Source: Takakia lepidozioides
Taxonomy: Eukaryota; Plantae; Bryophyta
NCBI GenBank assembly: GCA_030704615.1
Contig: CM060734.1
Location: 7,316,001 to 7,380,000, forward strand
Reading direction: 5' to 3'
Length of the DNA: 64,000 nt
The position numbers and the translations under genes were made by a program. The first letter of the stretch is position 1, and the number at the start of each line of letters is the position of its first letter. This document shows, one piece after another, positions 39,972 through 52,299 of the stretch. The notes below the pieces were generated by a model. It was not told the origin of the DNA, did not search any database, and saw only the letters and a program-made list of their open reading frames with translations.

Positions 39972-40503
39972 TGTAGAGGGATCCTACGGTAATAATGAAG
40001 AAAAAGAATGGTGGAGCCAAGAGTGGATCACACACTTCAAGTGATCATGTGCGGTGTATGCCAATAGAATGGCATGAACAGGAAAGACCTCTCTTGTAGC
40101 CGCCTCTTGCGCACCACTCTCATACAAAAAACGGTGTACGTCCCAGCTCACAAAAGTGGATGCCACAAGTGAAATAAGAAGGTGTCTCCACGAAGAGCTT
40201 ATATACTGTCCCAGCGGCCTTGGCAGATAGGCAACAAACACATTCCAAACTGGAATGATGAACTGAAAGCCCTGGGGTATGAATCTCCGGACTGCCAACT
40301 ACCAAAGGGAATTTCCACTAGGCCCAAATTGGTGGAGGGTCTGTTGGGGGAAAAAAAAAGGGACCGTTATGTCCCGGTGAGCAGCCGAAGCTCCGAGTTG
40401 GCCCGGCGGCGAGGTTGGGAGTTAGGCGCGCGCATCAAAGCGAGTAACTATGACTTGAAGGGGAGCTTACCGAAGTGAGGTGCGCGACACTTGGTATCAG
40501 AGC
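39972..40503 (+). mobile_element. 5' LTR (TGT...ACA, about 39972-40489) and tRNA-iMet primer-binding site of gypsy element A
   Basis: ..GCGACA-ct-TGGTATCAGAGC (PBS 40492-40503); hAT homology stops at TGTAGAG 39972. No partner LTR found in the window. Confidence 0.65.
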
Positions 40504-40741
40504 TTAGAGTTCAGTACGCGATCGTCCTTGGGATCGGCCTCATCATGGGGTCGGGAAGCCAAAGCGAAAGCGGAACGGCCCGAAAGATGATGATCCTGGT
40601 GAGCTCGATGGGGGCGACGTGTCACCAAAGCGGTCGTTTGAGGAAGCGATGCATGCTTTTGAAAACGAGGCCGCTCAAGAACGGGAGGAATCTGAGGAGT
40701 CAAAGCCCGAGGAATTCTAAAGAGCTCCGACAGACCAACAG

Positions 40742-43128
40742 ATGCCTCTTTTGCCAGCAGCCTTTTGGGAAGGGTTGTTGGCGCAGTTTGGCGGGACGTT
40801 GAAAGACGTGATGAAGGCGGCTAATGCCACTTCCACTAAGGCAAAGTTTAAGGTGAAGCCTAAGGAACCCGACACCTTCGAGGGCATCCAAAATTGGAAG
40901 GCACTCAACACCTGGCTCTTGGAGCTTGAGCAGTACTTCCGGGCGGCCAAGTTGAGTGACGAGGATCGGGTGGAAGTGGCTCCCACCTATTAGAGACAGT
41001 TTGTGCCCCTCAACGCGTCCTGGCTCGCCCGGGACAAGATGAGGAATTTGAAGCAAACGGATGACATTCGGGGATATGTTCAGGCTTTCAATGTGCTGTT
41101 GCTCGAAGTCGCGGACATGGTAGAACCAGAAACGGTCTTCAACTTTGTGGCGGGACTGGCCCCATGGACCAGGCGGAAGTTGGAGGAGAAGCCATCTAAG
41201 ACTTTGAACGAGGCAATTGAGAGGGCTGAATGTTTCTCGGATGTCCCTAGGGGCGAAAGACAAGGCCGTATGGAGCTGAACCACAAGAAGACCCGGCGGG
41301 AGGGTGTCTCCTTTCGACCGGAAAAGAAGTGGGATAGGCCACGCGGCGACAATGGCACGTGGAAATCGAAGGGAGGGCCTTCACACGCCAAGATGACACC
41401 CGGTGCTCCGAAAGAAAAATCAGGTGCGACGCCTTATGGCGGACAAAAGGTGACCTTCGATGGAGTGTGCTTCAATTGTGGGGAGCCCGGGCACATGGCC
41501 AAGAAGTGCATGAAACCCCAAGAATTGAACATGACTCGGGCAACCACGGAGCTGTCCAAAGATTCCATCAGCCGCTTGGTGGAGGCGGTGGTCGCCAAGA
41601 CTTGCAAGGTAGGCAACTACTTTTGTGAGTTGTATCAGGAAACTGGCGCCTTGCGTAAAGGGAGTCAGTTAATGTTTGTGAGTGGGATAATCTCCGGAAC
41701 TAACGTGTCGTTGTTGGTGGACACAGGAGCGTCGCACTCCTTCATGACACCGACAACAACACGGAAGCTGGGACTCCCGACAAGTGATGTGGGGGCCTCT
41801 ATTGAGGTGCGTTCTGCCAAAGGAGAACCACAATTGGCGACGAGGTTGGCGTTCGATGTTCCTCTTCAACTGGGGAGTTGGGAGGGACGTGAGAACTTCA
41901 CCATTTGCGAGATCGATGGAGTGGATCTCATTTTGGGGATGACCTTTTTGAGCAAATCCGGAGCGGTCATAGATGGCCGCAAGAGAGTAGTCACGCTACC
42001 ATGTGGGAATGGTGGCGAAGTTTTACGAGTGTCAGAAACGCCCAACCCCGTGGGAGGGCAAATAAACCTTCTGTCAGCAAGGGAGTGGGCCGTGGAGGAG
42101 TCACACAAGCCCTAGTTTTTGCTTTACGTAAGACAAGTGAAGGGAGAAGGCAATAAGGAGCCGAGCCCAGATTGGATCAAAGGGATCTTGGAGAAATACT
42201 AGGATGTGATGTCAGAGGATTTACCAAGCGGCTTGCCACCGCGAGGGGAGTTGACCACAAGATTGAGGTGATACCGGGATCGGAGCCGCCTGCCAAGGCG
42301 TCCTACCGGTTGAGCCACAGAGAGTTGGTCGAGCTGAAGACTCAGCTCAAGGATCTAATGTCAAAGGGGTACATCCGGCCGAGTAAGTCACCTTCCGGAG
42401 CCCCGGTGCTATTCGCAGACAAGAAGGATGGGACGCTGCGGATGTGTGTCGACTATAGGGCTCTGAATAAGGTGACTATCAAGAACCGGTACCCTTTGCC
42501 AATGATCGACGACCTCTTCGATCGGTTGGCAGGAGCGAAGTATTTCAGCCGGATCGATTTGCGCTCCGGGTATCATCAGATCCGAGTGGCGGAAGGAGAT
42601 GAGGAGAAAACCGCGTGCAGGACAAGATATGGTTTGTATGAGTTCTTGGTGATGCCTTTTGGACTCACCAACGAACCCGCGACCTTTAGCACGTTAATGA
42701 ACAGCCTTTTCCAGGAGTGGTTGGATGACTTTGTGATCGTATACATCGACGACATACCGGTGTACTCGAAAACAAAGGAAGAGCACCTGGAGCACCTCAA
42801 AAGGGTGTTCCAAAAATTGCGGGAAAGGAAGTTGTATGCTAAAGCTTCAAAATGCAAATTCGGGGTCACAAAAGTGGAGTTCTTGGGGCATGTGATTACA
42901 CAGGATGGGATCAAAATGGATGACAGAAAGGTGGGGGCGATCTTGGACTGGGAGCCTCCAACTTCGGTCCCGGGAGTGCGATCCTTCCTAGGACTCGCCT
43001 CCTATTACCGGAAGTATGTGAGAAATTTCGCCAAGATCGCGGGACCGCTGTCAGACCTTCTGTGTAAATCCAAAGTCTGGGTATGGAACACCTTTTGTGG
43101 TCAAGCTTTTGCCGAGTTGAAGCAGCGG
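40742..43128 (+). mobile_element. Ty3/gypsy element A gag-protease-RT (truncated, pseudogenised)
   Basis: KPKEPDTFEG gag, CFNCGEPGHMAKKC knuckle, LLVDTGASHSF protease, [31 protein letters not shown]; ends at ELKQR before RNase H. Confidence 0.92.
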
Positions 43129-45510
43129 ATGGCACACCGGCAGCTTCAGCAAGCAGCAGTGGGACTAGTGGTACAGTAGCTACGTCGTCCACCCAAGCCA
43201 CTACCGCACCAGCACTAGTACCCGTGCCTGCCTTCAACCCTGTTGTGGAGTTCTTCGAAGAGTTGAGAGGGAACTACCAAGGGGTGAGGACAGAGAAGTT
43301 GCGGAGCTTGCAAGAGTTCCAACGGAAGCCTACTGAGAGCTTGAGGGAGGCTTTCACTCGCATGAGGCGCTTGATAAATGTAACCCAAGGGGTTACGGAA
43401 GCTCAGGCAGTCCAATTCTGGTATGGGATATTGGACAAGGAGCTAAGGAGAAGGGTGCGGGATGCAACTCTCCTACAAGCGGCCCAACCCACTTTAGCAA
43501 ATGTGTTTTTGCTGGCAGAGCGGATAGAGCTCAACATGGTGGAGGAACGAGTGGTCATGGTGGGATTTGCTAAGGAGCCACCACGGGGTAGTGGTGCTCC
43601 CAGCCAACCACTACCTCAACGTGCTCAAGGCAACAAGGGGGTCCAGGTAAAGCCCAGGGAAGGACAGAGAGGACCTCAGATGCAGGGGTCTCTCCCTTCA
43701 TTTGCAGGCCAACAACGGGCGGAGGTGGTGTGTTGGACATGTGGAGGACCCCATGTCAAGAAGGATTGCCTAGAGGGAGGCAAAGGGCCGGCATATGCAC
43801 AGCCTACACAATTGCAGTGTGGGCATTGTGGCAAGCACGGGCATGGAGAGGCCCAGTGTTATGGTTTGCATCCTGAGTTGCGCCCAGGCCAGTTCCAAGG
43901 GAACAATGGTGGCCGGGGGCGAGGTGGAGCAGCCCAGAGAGGATGAGGTGGCCAGGCACGGGATGCAAGCCAAGGGCAAGCTCAACATGGCCAAGGACGC
44001 GGAGGTCAGGGTGTTGACCAAGGCATGGCCAACCGGCTTCAGCAGCTAGAGCAGAGGCTCGCTACCATGGCTACAGCTCAGGTGGTACCGGCTCCAAGGT
44101 TGGATGGTCCACCTCTTGCTCCTGAGGGAGGAGATATGGGAGGCATGGGATTCATGTGCGGAGCAGCACTACCACTAGTGCAAGTGGAGTCTGCTGCAGC
44201 CGTGACTCGAGGAGCAGCACGAGTTCCTAAGCCACGAGGTGCAGAGGTGGAGTTGGATTCACAGCGTGGGGAGGCAAGCCGTCAGGCTAGGCTTCCTCAA
44301 TCATTCACATTGGCGGAGACAGTGTTGACGCCATCCATGGCACCTAGTTCTCGCCCGACTGTTACCGAGGCGGAGGTTACTATGCCATTGGGGAGAGCTA
44401 CACGGGCAACACCACTACCTAGTGTTTTCAAGGCTACGGCAGCTAGTGTGCTTCTAGGAGCGGCCACATCTGTGTGTCAGACTCCATTGTTCTCGGCTAC
44501 CATGATTGCGATGCGTGTTCAGGCTGGCAGCTACACTCTGTGAGAGTGGGGAGGTTACTTCATCTTCTGCGGAGATAGTGGGAGGTGTAGTGCTGGAGGG
44601 ATCCTCGGATTTGAGGGTCAAGACTGCCACGACGGCGCCATGGCAAGCTGCAGCTGCCAGGTTGATAGAGCTGCCAGCTAGGCCAGCCATTGAGCGCGCC
44701 ATGGTGACACCTGGAGTTGTTATGTTAGACAACCAAGATGGCATTTTCTGTTTGAGTGGACCGGCAGGCAAGAGGTACTGACCATTGCGGGTCTTGCTGG
44801 ACTCGGGAGCTCAGCCATTGATGCTGGGCAGAGCTGCTATTGCAGGCTTGGGCCTCACGGAGGCGGATATGGAGCCTTGTCCTTTCCAGATATAGACGTC
44901 TCTGGGAGGATCGGAGCAGGCTCGGGGCATGACATGGCGTGAGTTGGCTATCAGACTACGGCCGGATCACCCTACAGATGGCTCAGTGATGCAAGCCAAG
45001 GCCATTGTGACAGACGCGGTCTCGTACGATGTCCTGGTTGGTGGGGCAGTGTTGTACCCCATGGGCTTCACCCTGGATTTTTGGGAGGAGTCAGCTTCCT
45101 ATAGGCCTGGATGGCAGTCAAGGGAGGGCCGGCATGTGCAGCTCCCTGTGACGTTCATAGAAGGAGTTGCGGTTGCCCAGCGGGGCAAGATGCCGACACT
45201 AGCAGCATTCACAGCTGTAGTGACTTGGCCTGGAGAATTGTTGGATGGCAACACTCATTCAGAGGATGTGTCACCTCCGGGAGAGTAGGATGACATGCAT
45301 GGTATGGCGGAGTTGCCTGCCATGGTTGCTCATACTCCATTGTGGGGCTCGAGCAAGGATTTGCAGCGGGTTGCTGATCAACGGGTGCAACAAGCCTGGG
45401 TAGAGGCTTTTGTACCGTCAGGAGAGGAGGAGAGTGCGGGGATTGCACCAGGACCACCTCAGTTGTCACCATTGGACACCACACCAATCGTGTGGCAGTA
45501 TTCGGATGAA

Positions 45511-46440
45511 GGCATTTGTCTTCTGAACTTGTTTGGCGGGATCAGCACCGGATTGGCTGTTGTGTTACATGTAGGTGTATGAGTTCGGCGTTACCTGTAA
45601 GTGGAGAGCAATGACACTGCACGACACGTTTCACTTCGCCATGTTGCTCAGTTGGTACAGCAGTACCCTGAGTTGTTGCTGGTGTCTGCAATTCGTGGAT
45701 ATCAAGAGGCCTTGCCAGCAGACATTTCGTTGCTGGGGGCGCAAGATTTGGAGCGGGTTGGCTCCATTGATATGGTAGTGGCAGGTTGGCCCTTCCAAGG
45801 GCATTCATCAGCCGAGCATGGCAATGGATTGCGAGACTCAAGGTCGGGTCTGTTTTGGGAGACGGTGCGGGTTTTGCGCCACTTGCAGCTTCATCAAGTT
45901 GTATCTCCAGCATACATCTTGGAGAATGTGCCACTGATGGGCGATTCTTGAGCCAGGGTGATGGCCAGTGTGCATCAAGTCCGGTCGTGGCTTGGGTCAG
46001 CAGTGTTGCTAGATGCAGCTACAGTGGGGTCACGGGCTCATCGTCCACGGCTATGGTGGACTAACTTGATGCCACCCGCGCTGCTCAAGCGTGCATTTGA
46101 TGGGGCGCAGCGGCCAGCACACCTCACAGTGGATAGCATTTTGGACACATGGAGGCAGTCTCAGCATGTGAGACACGATGACCGTTTGCCTTTGGCAGTG
46201 GTCAACAAGGTGGGTCAACCACGAGCAGCATGACCTACACTGCTCAGCTTCCCAGGATCGCATGCTTTCCGGGATAGTGGACCTGGCCTCCTGTGGGATG
46301 CTCAGTTGTAGCAGTTAGTGGAGCCTAATGCTGATGAGCGTGAGTGGGGAATGGGTTTTACCACTGGTACCACGACGGTGCCGTCTCTTTCTGAGGCATC
46401 ACGTCGTCAGGTGTTGGGGCAAGCAATGGATCTCAATTGC
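45511..46440 (+). pseudogene. DNMT3/DRM-like cytosine-5 methyltransferase domain inside gypsy pol
   Basis: Motifs in canonical order: I LNLFGGISTG, II VESND, IV DMVVAGWP(F)QG (catalytic Cys codon reads TTC at 45793), VI YILENV (45922), VIII RAHRPRLWWTN, IX EPNADERE..MGF, X RRQVLGQAMD. Confidence 0.88.
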
Positions 46441-47699
46441 TTGAGCTGGATTATCAGTTTGGCTATGGCTGAGCAACGTAGAGTGCGGAATACACTTCCC
46501 TCGATGGTCTCTCTGCCTACCGAGACGGTACAGGCAGTGAGTGGGGGCGAGCATGAGAGGACCACGGGGTGCAGACATCCATGGCACACGTGGGAGGTGC
46601 TCGAGGTTCAGAGGGAGTTGGCAGCCAGGGCGGCGATGATGGATGAGGTTGGGGATTTTTCTCGGGTTGAGGAAGTCCTCGAGGATGAGATGATGGGGCA
46701 GGATGAGGCCTTGTCATTGACTAAGCAGGTAGGGAGTACTGCTCAAGAGGTTGCAACATAGCAACCACTGGACGCGTCCTCTACCTCTAATCCCACTGGA
46801 CTTAAGGTTGCAGTTACGGAGGACAATTGGGAGCCTGACATTGGACCCATTGTCACCGGAGGAGAGAGACGACGTAAACGGCAGTTCTTGAGGGCTTACA
46901 GGAATTGCTTTGCCTTCAGTTTGAAGGACTTGGGAGCACTGAAGGGTCAAGAGATTCGTATTGAGTTGGCCACTGACACACCAATCTTTCGGAGACCCTA
47001 TAGATACAGTGACATGAAGAGGTCTTTGATTCAGATGAGGACTCAAGATCTCTGGGAGGCTGGTTTGGTGGAGCTCTCTGGTGGAGAGTATGCTTCAGCC
47101 ACAATGATGCCAGCCAAGAAAGATGTCTATGGCAATTGGACGGAGAGACATATGTGCGGTGATTATCGGCCTGTAAATTGTCAGACCAAGTCCGATAAGT
47201 ATGCCATGTCAACACTAGAGGAGATCTTTGATGCCATCGGGCATGCTAAGGTCTTTAGCACTTTGGATTTACGATCCGGATATCACCAGTTGCCGATCAA
47301 GGAGGCGGACAAGCAGAAGACGGCATTCTAGGGGATCAATGAGCACGGCAAGGATTGCCTATATCAGTGGCGGTTCTTACCATTTGGGCTTAAGAATGCT
47401 CCTACAGAGTTTCAGAGAGTCATGGATAGGATTCTAGCAGGGGTTGACTTTGCTCAGTGCTACATAGATGACATCATCATCTTTAGTGCTACGGTGGAGG
47501 AACATGAGAGACATCTTCAGGTGGTATTGGAGCGCTTGAGAGCGCGCGGATTGAAGTTGCATCCGGGGAAGTGCAAGTTTTTCCACAACCAGATTGAGTA
47601 TCTGGGTCACATGATATATCCTGGAGGATTGGGGGTACAGCAGACTAAGGTAGAGTCCATTGCACAGGTTCCACGCCCCACGGATGTGAGCCGAGTTCG

Positions 47700-48380
47700 A
47701 GCTTTCATGGGGTTAGCAAACTATTATAGACGGTTTGTTAAGGAATTTAGTGCCATTGCAAAGGCTCTAACCAAGCTGACCAAGGTGGATCAGGAGTGGC
47801 AGTGGGAAGATGAGCAAGAACAAGCTTTTCAAGAGCTCAAGGCGAGGTTGACCTTGGCGCCCATCTTGAGACGGCCTATTAGGGGGCGTCCTTTTCAGTT
47901 GCATACAGATTGGAGCATGTTGGGGCTTGGAGCGGTGCTCACATGGGTGGATGATGAGGGAAGAGAGTTTGTAGTGGCTTATGCTAGCCGCTCGAACAAC
48001 GTTGCAGAGTCTAAGTATAGCTCATATGAGGGAGAATGCTTAGCTTTCATGGGGTTGGCAAACTATTATAGACGGTTTAAGGGATTTAGTGCCATTGCAA
48101 AGGCTCTAACCAAGTTGACCAAGGTGGACCAGGAGTGGCAGTGGGAAGATGAGCAGGAACGAGCTTTTCAAGAGCTCAAGGCGAGGTTGACCTCGGTGCC
48201 TATCCTGAGACGACCTATCAGGGGGCGTCCCTTTCAGCTGCATACGGATTGGAGCATGCTGGGGCTTGGAGCGGTGCCCACACAGGTGGATGATGAGGGA
48301 AGAGAGTTCGTAGTGGTTTATGCTAGCCGCTCGAACAACGTTGCAGAGGCTAAGTACAGCTCATATGAGGGAGAGTGCTT
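47700..48380 (+). repeat. In-frame tandem duplication (about 342 bp) of the RT-connection/RNase H start
   Basis: AFMGLANYYRRF...SSYEGECLA occurs twice (47700-48041 and 48042-48380). Confidence 0.92.
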
Positions 48381-48829
48381 AGCTGCAGTGTGGGCCGTGG
48401 CACACTTCAGGTGCTATCTATACGGCAATCTCTTCACCCTTGTCACGGATCACCAGCCACTCAAGTGGTTGATGGAGTCAGACAAGCTTACGGGGAAGCT
48501 TGCACGGTGGGCACTCATACTCCAGGAGTATGACTTTCAGGTTGTGCATCGACCGGATTTGGTCAATTGGGATGCGGATGGATTGAGTCGCAATCTATGC
48601 ACGAGCCAGCAGGATGACATTGGAGCTCGGTGGCATGGTGAGACGGACGAGGAGATGGTGTCGGGATGGCATGCATCTGCCTTTTTGTGTATCTTGGCAT
48701 GGGGAGGTCAGGTTGGACCTACAACAGGGATGACTGTAGACAGAGTGTCTGAGGACCCTGAGGCTAGTGATGAGCCAGGTGGTACCCGAAATATACATGA
48801 GGATTCGGCTGTGCTGGACTACCTCCGTA

Positions 48830-49215
48830 CTGGAGAAGTGATGCTTGTTTGCTGAACCTGTAGCCCATGGCTAACCAAGGTACCTGAAGATCCCAATCTC
48901 CTAGGTGTCTCTTCTGCAAGCCATACTTGCGCAAACCCCTCTTTACTGTCTGAACAACTCGCTCTGCCAAGCCATCGGCCTCAGGATGATCCCGAGAAGT
49001 GGTGCGGTGGTCTATCAAGGCTTTATCACACAAAGCCTGAAACTCCCCCAAGAACTCTCTCCCTTGGTCCATGAGTACCTCATCTGGAGCACCGAATCGG
49101 CTAAGCACACGATCCAAGAATGCATACGCAGCCCCCTCACTAGCCTTGACAGGCAATGGAACCAACTCAATCCACTTGGAGAAGTGCTCCACCATCACCA
49201 ACACATATCTGTGGT
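48830..49215 (-). mobile_element. Inverted retrotransposon integrase core (rve)
   Basis: YVLVMVEHFSKWIE..RFGAPDEVLMDQGREF..HPEADGLAERVVQTVK..WD..LAMGYR on the minus strand directly after RNase H. Confidence 0.88.
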
Positions 49216-49219
49216 GGCG

Positions 49220-51649
49220 CATAGTCAGTGATGCTGTCATTTTCGTGCAATTGTCTTTCTATTACGGACCTTTCCATTGGTCCCTCACCATTGTTTGTGT
49301 CCTTGTAGGAGCGGTGCTTGGATTCCGACACGGACATGCTGAACACGAATATGGCAGAATCAGTCCACTCCTCCTGGCGAGCGTCTTCTGCCGCACATCT
49401 GGTGGACGTAGTGACGGCCACAATGGAGGACATCGACAGAGCAATCATGCAGCAAGCCACGTACTACAAGTTCCTGAGCGGGAAACAATGGGGCTTTGGG
49501 CCGGACAGGGAGGAATTGTTGGTATGAACAGCTTCGAGGTCGAAGAATCCACTGAAATGGGTGACAACATTGCGAGAGAAGATCAAAGGGACGCCTCTGC
49601 ACCGCAGAGGTGAACACCTAGAGAAGGACGTCCGTACTCGCCCTGTGAGGCGGAGGATTGAAGAGGAACCCGGGTGCGAAGAGGATTCCTGGAGATCCGA
49701 CAGGAACATTTGGACAGCACCTCAAGGTCCCGTCATGTTGCCGCACAATGTGTCTTCCAGCAGTGGAAGCCCAAGAGTTTCAAGATCGCCATCGCCTTCA
49801 AGCGGGGATTCCGTGCGAGAAATTCCCACCGCTCGCTTGCCCCAGATTCCGCCCGCTGTTATGCAGTATGGCCAAGCCATTGTGGAGATGACTGTGTCTG
49901 CGTCACAGTGGAGAATTGCTCGCACAAAGCCGTCATTTCGAGGTAGGTGTTCCGCAATTTGAGTGGATACACGGCAACATTGTTTATAGATGATAAGGAG
50001 GAATCCAGATGGGGCTGTCCCTGCTCCTACTTTTACAGGAAGATTTGTCCATGCAAAGTTTGCAGAGGCGACAACCACCCAGTTCTGGTTCTGCAGGCAC
50101 GACATTATGACTTGCGTGTATGGAAAGCCCAAGTACGGCATACAAACAATGCTAGAGGCTCCCCCGGTGTGGCCGGTGGAACCAGGCTGCGATCTGAGTC
50201 AGGTCGAGGCCGACGCCCTTACTGCCGCAGGATTTCGGATGGTGCAGCGCACTGACGTCCCCAGACAACCATTTCCGCTTCCACAGCCTCCACCACCGAC
50301 CCTTGTGAGAGCAAGAACAATGGGACATGACAGCTCTAAGCATCCTACACACCGTTGGGGGAAACTGAAGAGGCGGCGACCTCCCTCAAAAGTGAACGAG
50401 ACAAGGATGGGGAATGCACTTCGGATGAACTGTACAATCCAAAGCTCGACAGAAGTGCCCCCACCAGGCTTCGGGCGTGTGTATCAGATGGCCACGACAG
50501 GCTCAGCTGTTCGCAATGAGGTGTACACCATCACCATTTCATAATTACCCACCTGCAATTGCACCGACTTCCAGATCATGGCGAACAAGGGGGCATCATA
50601 CTGCCCTTGCAAGCATCTGTACTACGTGTACCTAAAGAGTCTCCGGTGTAATTCCACAACTCATCACTTCATACATGCACCAGGGTTGAGCCCCCAAGAG
50701 GTGTACACTCTTCTGAATATGGATCCAGGGGACCAGTGAGCTTGGCTTGCGGTCCCCAACCATGGTACGCCCATCCTTTTTCGGAGTTTCAGTTATAGTA
50801 GAACTGTACTGCTGCAAGTACCTCTGAGTCTGGCACACAGAAAGGTCGGACTTATGTCTTGCCTATCAGTAACATGTTTTGCTCGAACTAAGATAATACT
50901 ATGTCATTCATTTCTGTTTCTACGTGCTTGTATTTTTGTTTGTTGGAGGGTTCCTATTTTTCTGCTCTCCCAAACTTTGCTTTCCTCATTCGACCCCCGG
51001 CAAGGAAATGCGGCGCCGCATTTCCAAGTAACGTCATAGGTACTGGTAGATGCGGCCTTCGTCATAGCAAGATAGTCGCACCCAGCCTTCAGGGAGCCGA
51101 CCGTCGCCAACACCAAACTCCCCAAAAATTTCACACGTGCAAGCCCTAATGCGGCACCGCATTTCCCAGTTGAGTCGCAAATCTTTCTCGCCGAATACCC
51201 GAAGATGACAGAATTGTGAAGTACTGCAGACTCTATTGGTACAGACTCTATTGGTTCAATCGCGGCATAAGGGTCAGCTTCATTCCAATGTTAAAGCATG
51301 TAAAACCGCGGAATACTCTATACAGGCCAGTATGCGACGTCATTTTGCCGTGGTATACTGGATTTCTCGTTGCACGGTCAATCATTTCCATGAGCGGATC
51401 TAAAAAACCATGAGCGGACTTGTTACTGACGACATATCTTCGCCGCATTACAGGATGTGGAACTTCCAAAAATGGTAAGGTCAAATAAAAAACTATTATT
51501 TTAATACTTGTTTAATCTGCCGCATTTCCAAATTTGGAGGAGTCCGCTCATGAAATCCGCGTGTCTTAGACTTCGGCTCACCGCTCATGCGGCTCATGCG
51601 GCTCATGGCTCATGGCTCATGGTTTCTGCTCATGAAATAGTAAACCTCC
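49220..51649 (+). mobile_element. Truncated sister MULE: 3' half of transposase with SWIM (to 50739) plus TIR
   Basis: NTNMAESVHSSW..FWFCRHDIMTCV..CNCTDF..PCKHLYY; CATGAGC/GCTCATG repeats; terminus GCTCATGAAATAGTAAACCTCC at 51628-51649, about 0.9 kb after the stop as in the 18-kb element. Confidence 0.85.
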
Positions 51650-52299
51650 ATCCAGGACCTTCAAATCTACCTGGCATGTACCGCTCCACTATCCCACAGA
51701 GTAGCCCTTGTATAGCAAACTTTGTCACCATAGTTTCTTGGATGCGTTTCAATGACAGAAGGACTTACTTCACAAGGATGTCGTAATAGTCAGGATTCAA
51801 GGTGGCCAGCAACGCATCCCCATCCTTGGATGCCATCAACACACGGTGCACCAAGATCCAGTTTGCTGACTGCACCCACCAAACCTAGCCTGCTAAGTGC
51901 CTCACCTACTTCATCTTAAGCCTCCAAAAACCATTCCAGCCTAAGACTTGCTCCCTTGTTACTATTCAAGTGTCAACCACAGTAAAGACCTCTCTTACAA
52001 AGTCTTAAAACATCAACACACCATCCTTGCAACAAGTAAGACCCAAAAGCTGTGGTTCTTGAGAGACTCGATAAAGATTTTACATGCCAACTTAAGCACT
52101 ATCGTTGAGCCACCAAGTCCAACCCTAAGAAGGAGCACACATACGAGCAGAAAGACCCTACTTTGCACCGCTCATCCCTGGTTCGCATGGGGGCATCTTG
52201 CAATGTTGTTTCCAATGCCTCTCCATACTGTGGTCTGCACAAATCATCAATAGGTTGAAGAAGAAGGTGCCCTCACCACATTGTCGACCAAATGTGTTT

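Larger units (their letters stand above)
43130..48830 (+). mobile_element. Ty3/gypsy element B: gag (two Zn knuckles) - protease - C5 DNA methyltransferase - RT - RNase H
   Basis: CWTCGGPHVKKDC and CGHCGKHGHGEAQC; RVLLDSGAQ near 44790; DNMT 45.5-46.4 kb; [29 protein letters not shown]; HTDWS..AYASRS..EGECLA..TDHQPL. ORF pieces from 44506 to 48855 all share one frame. Confidence 0.9.
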
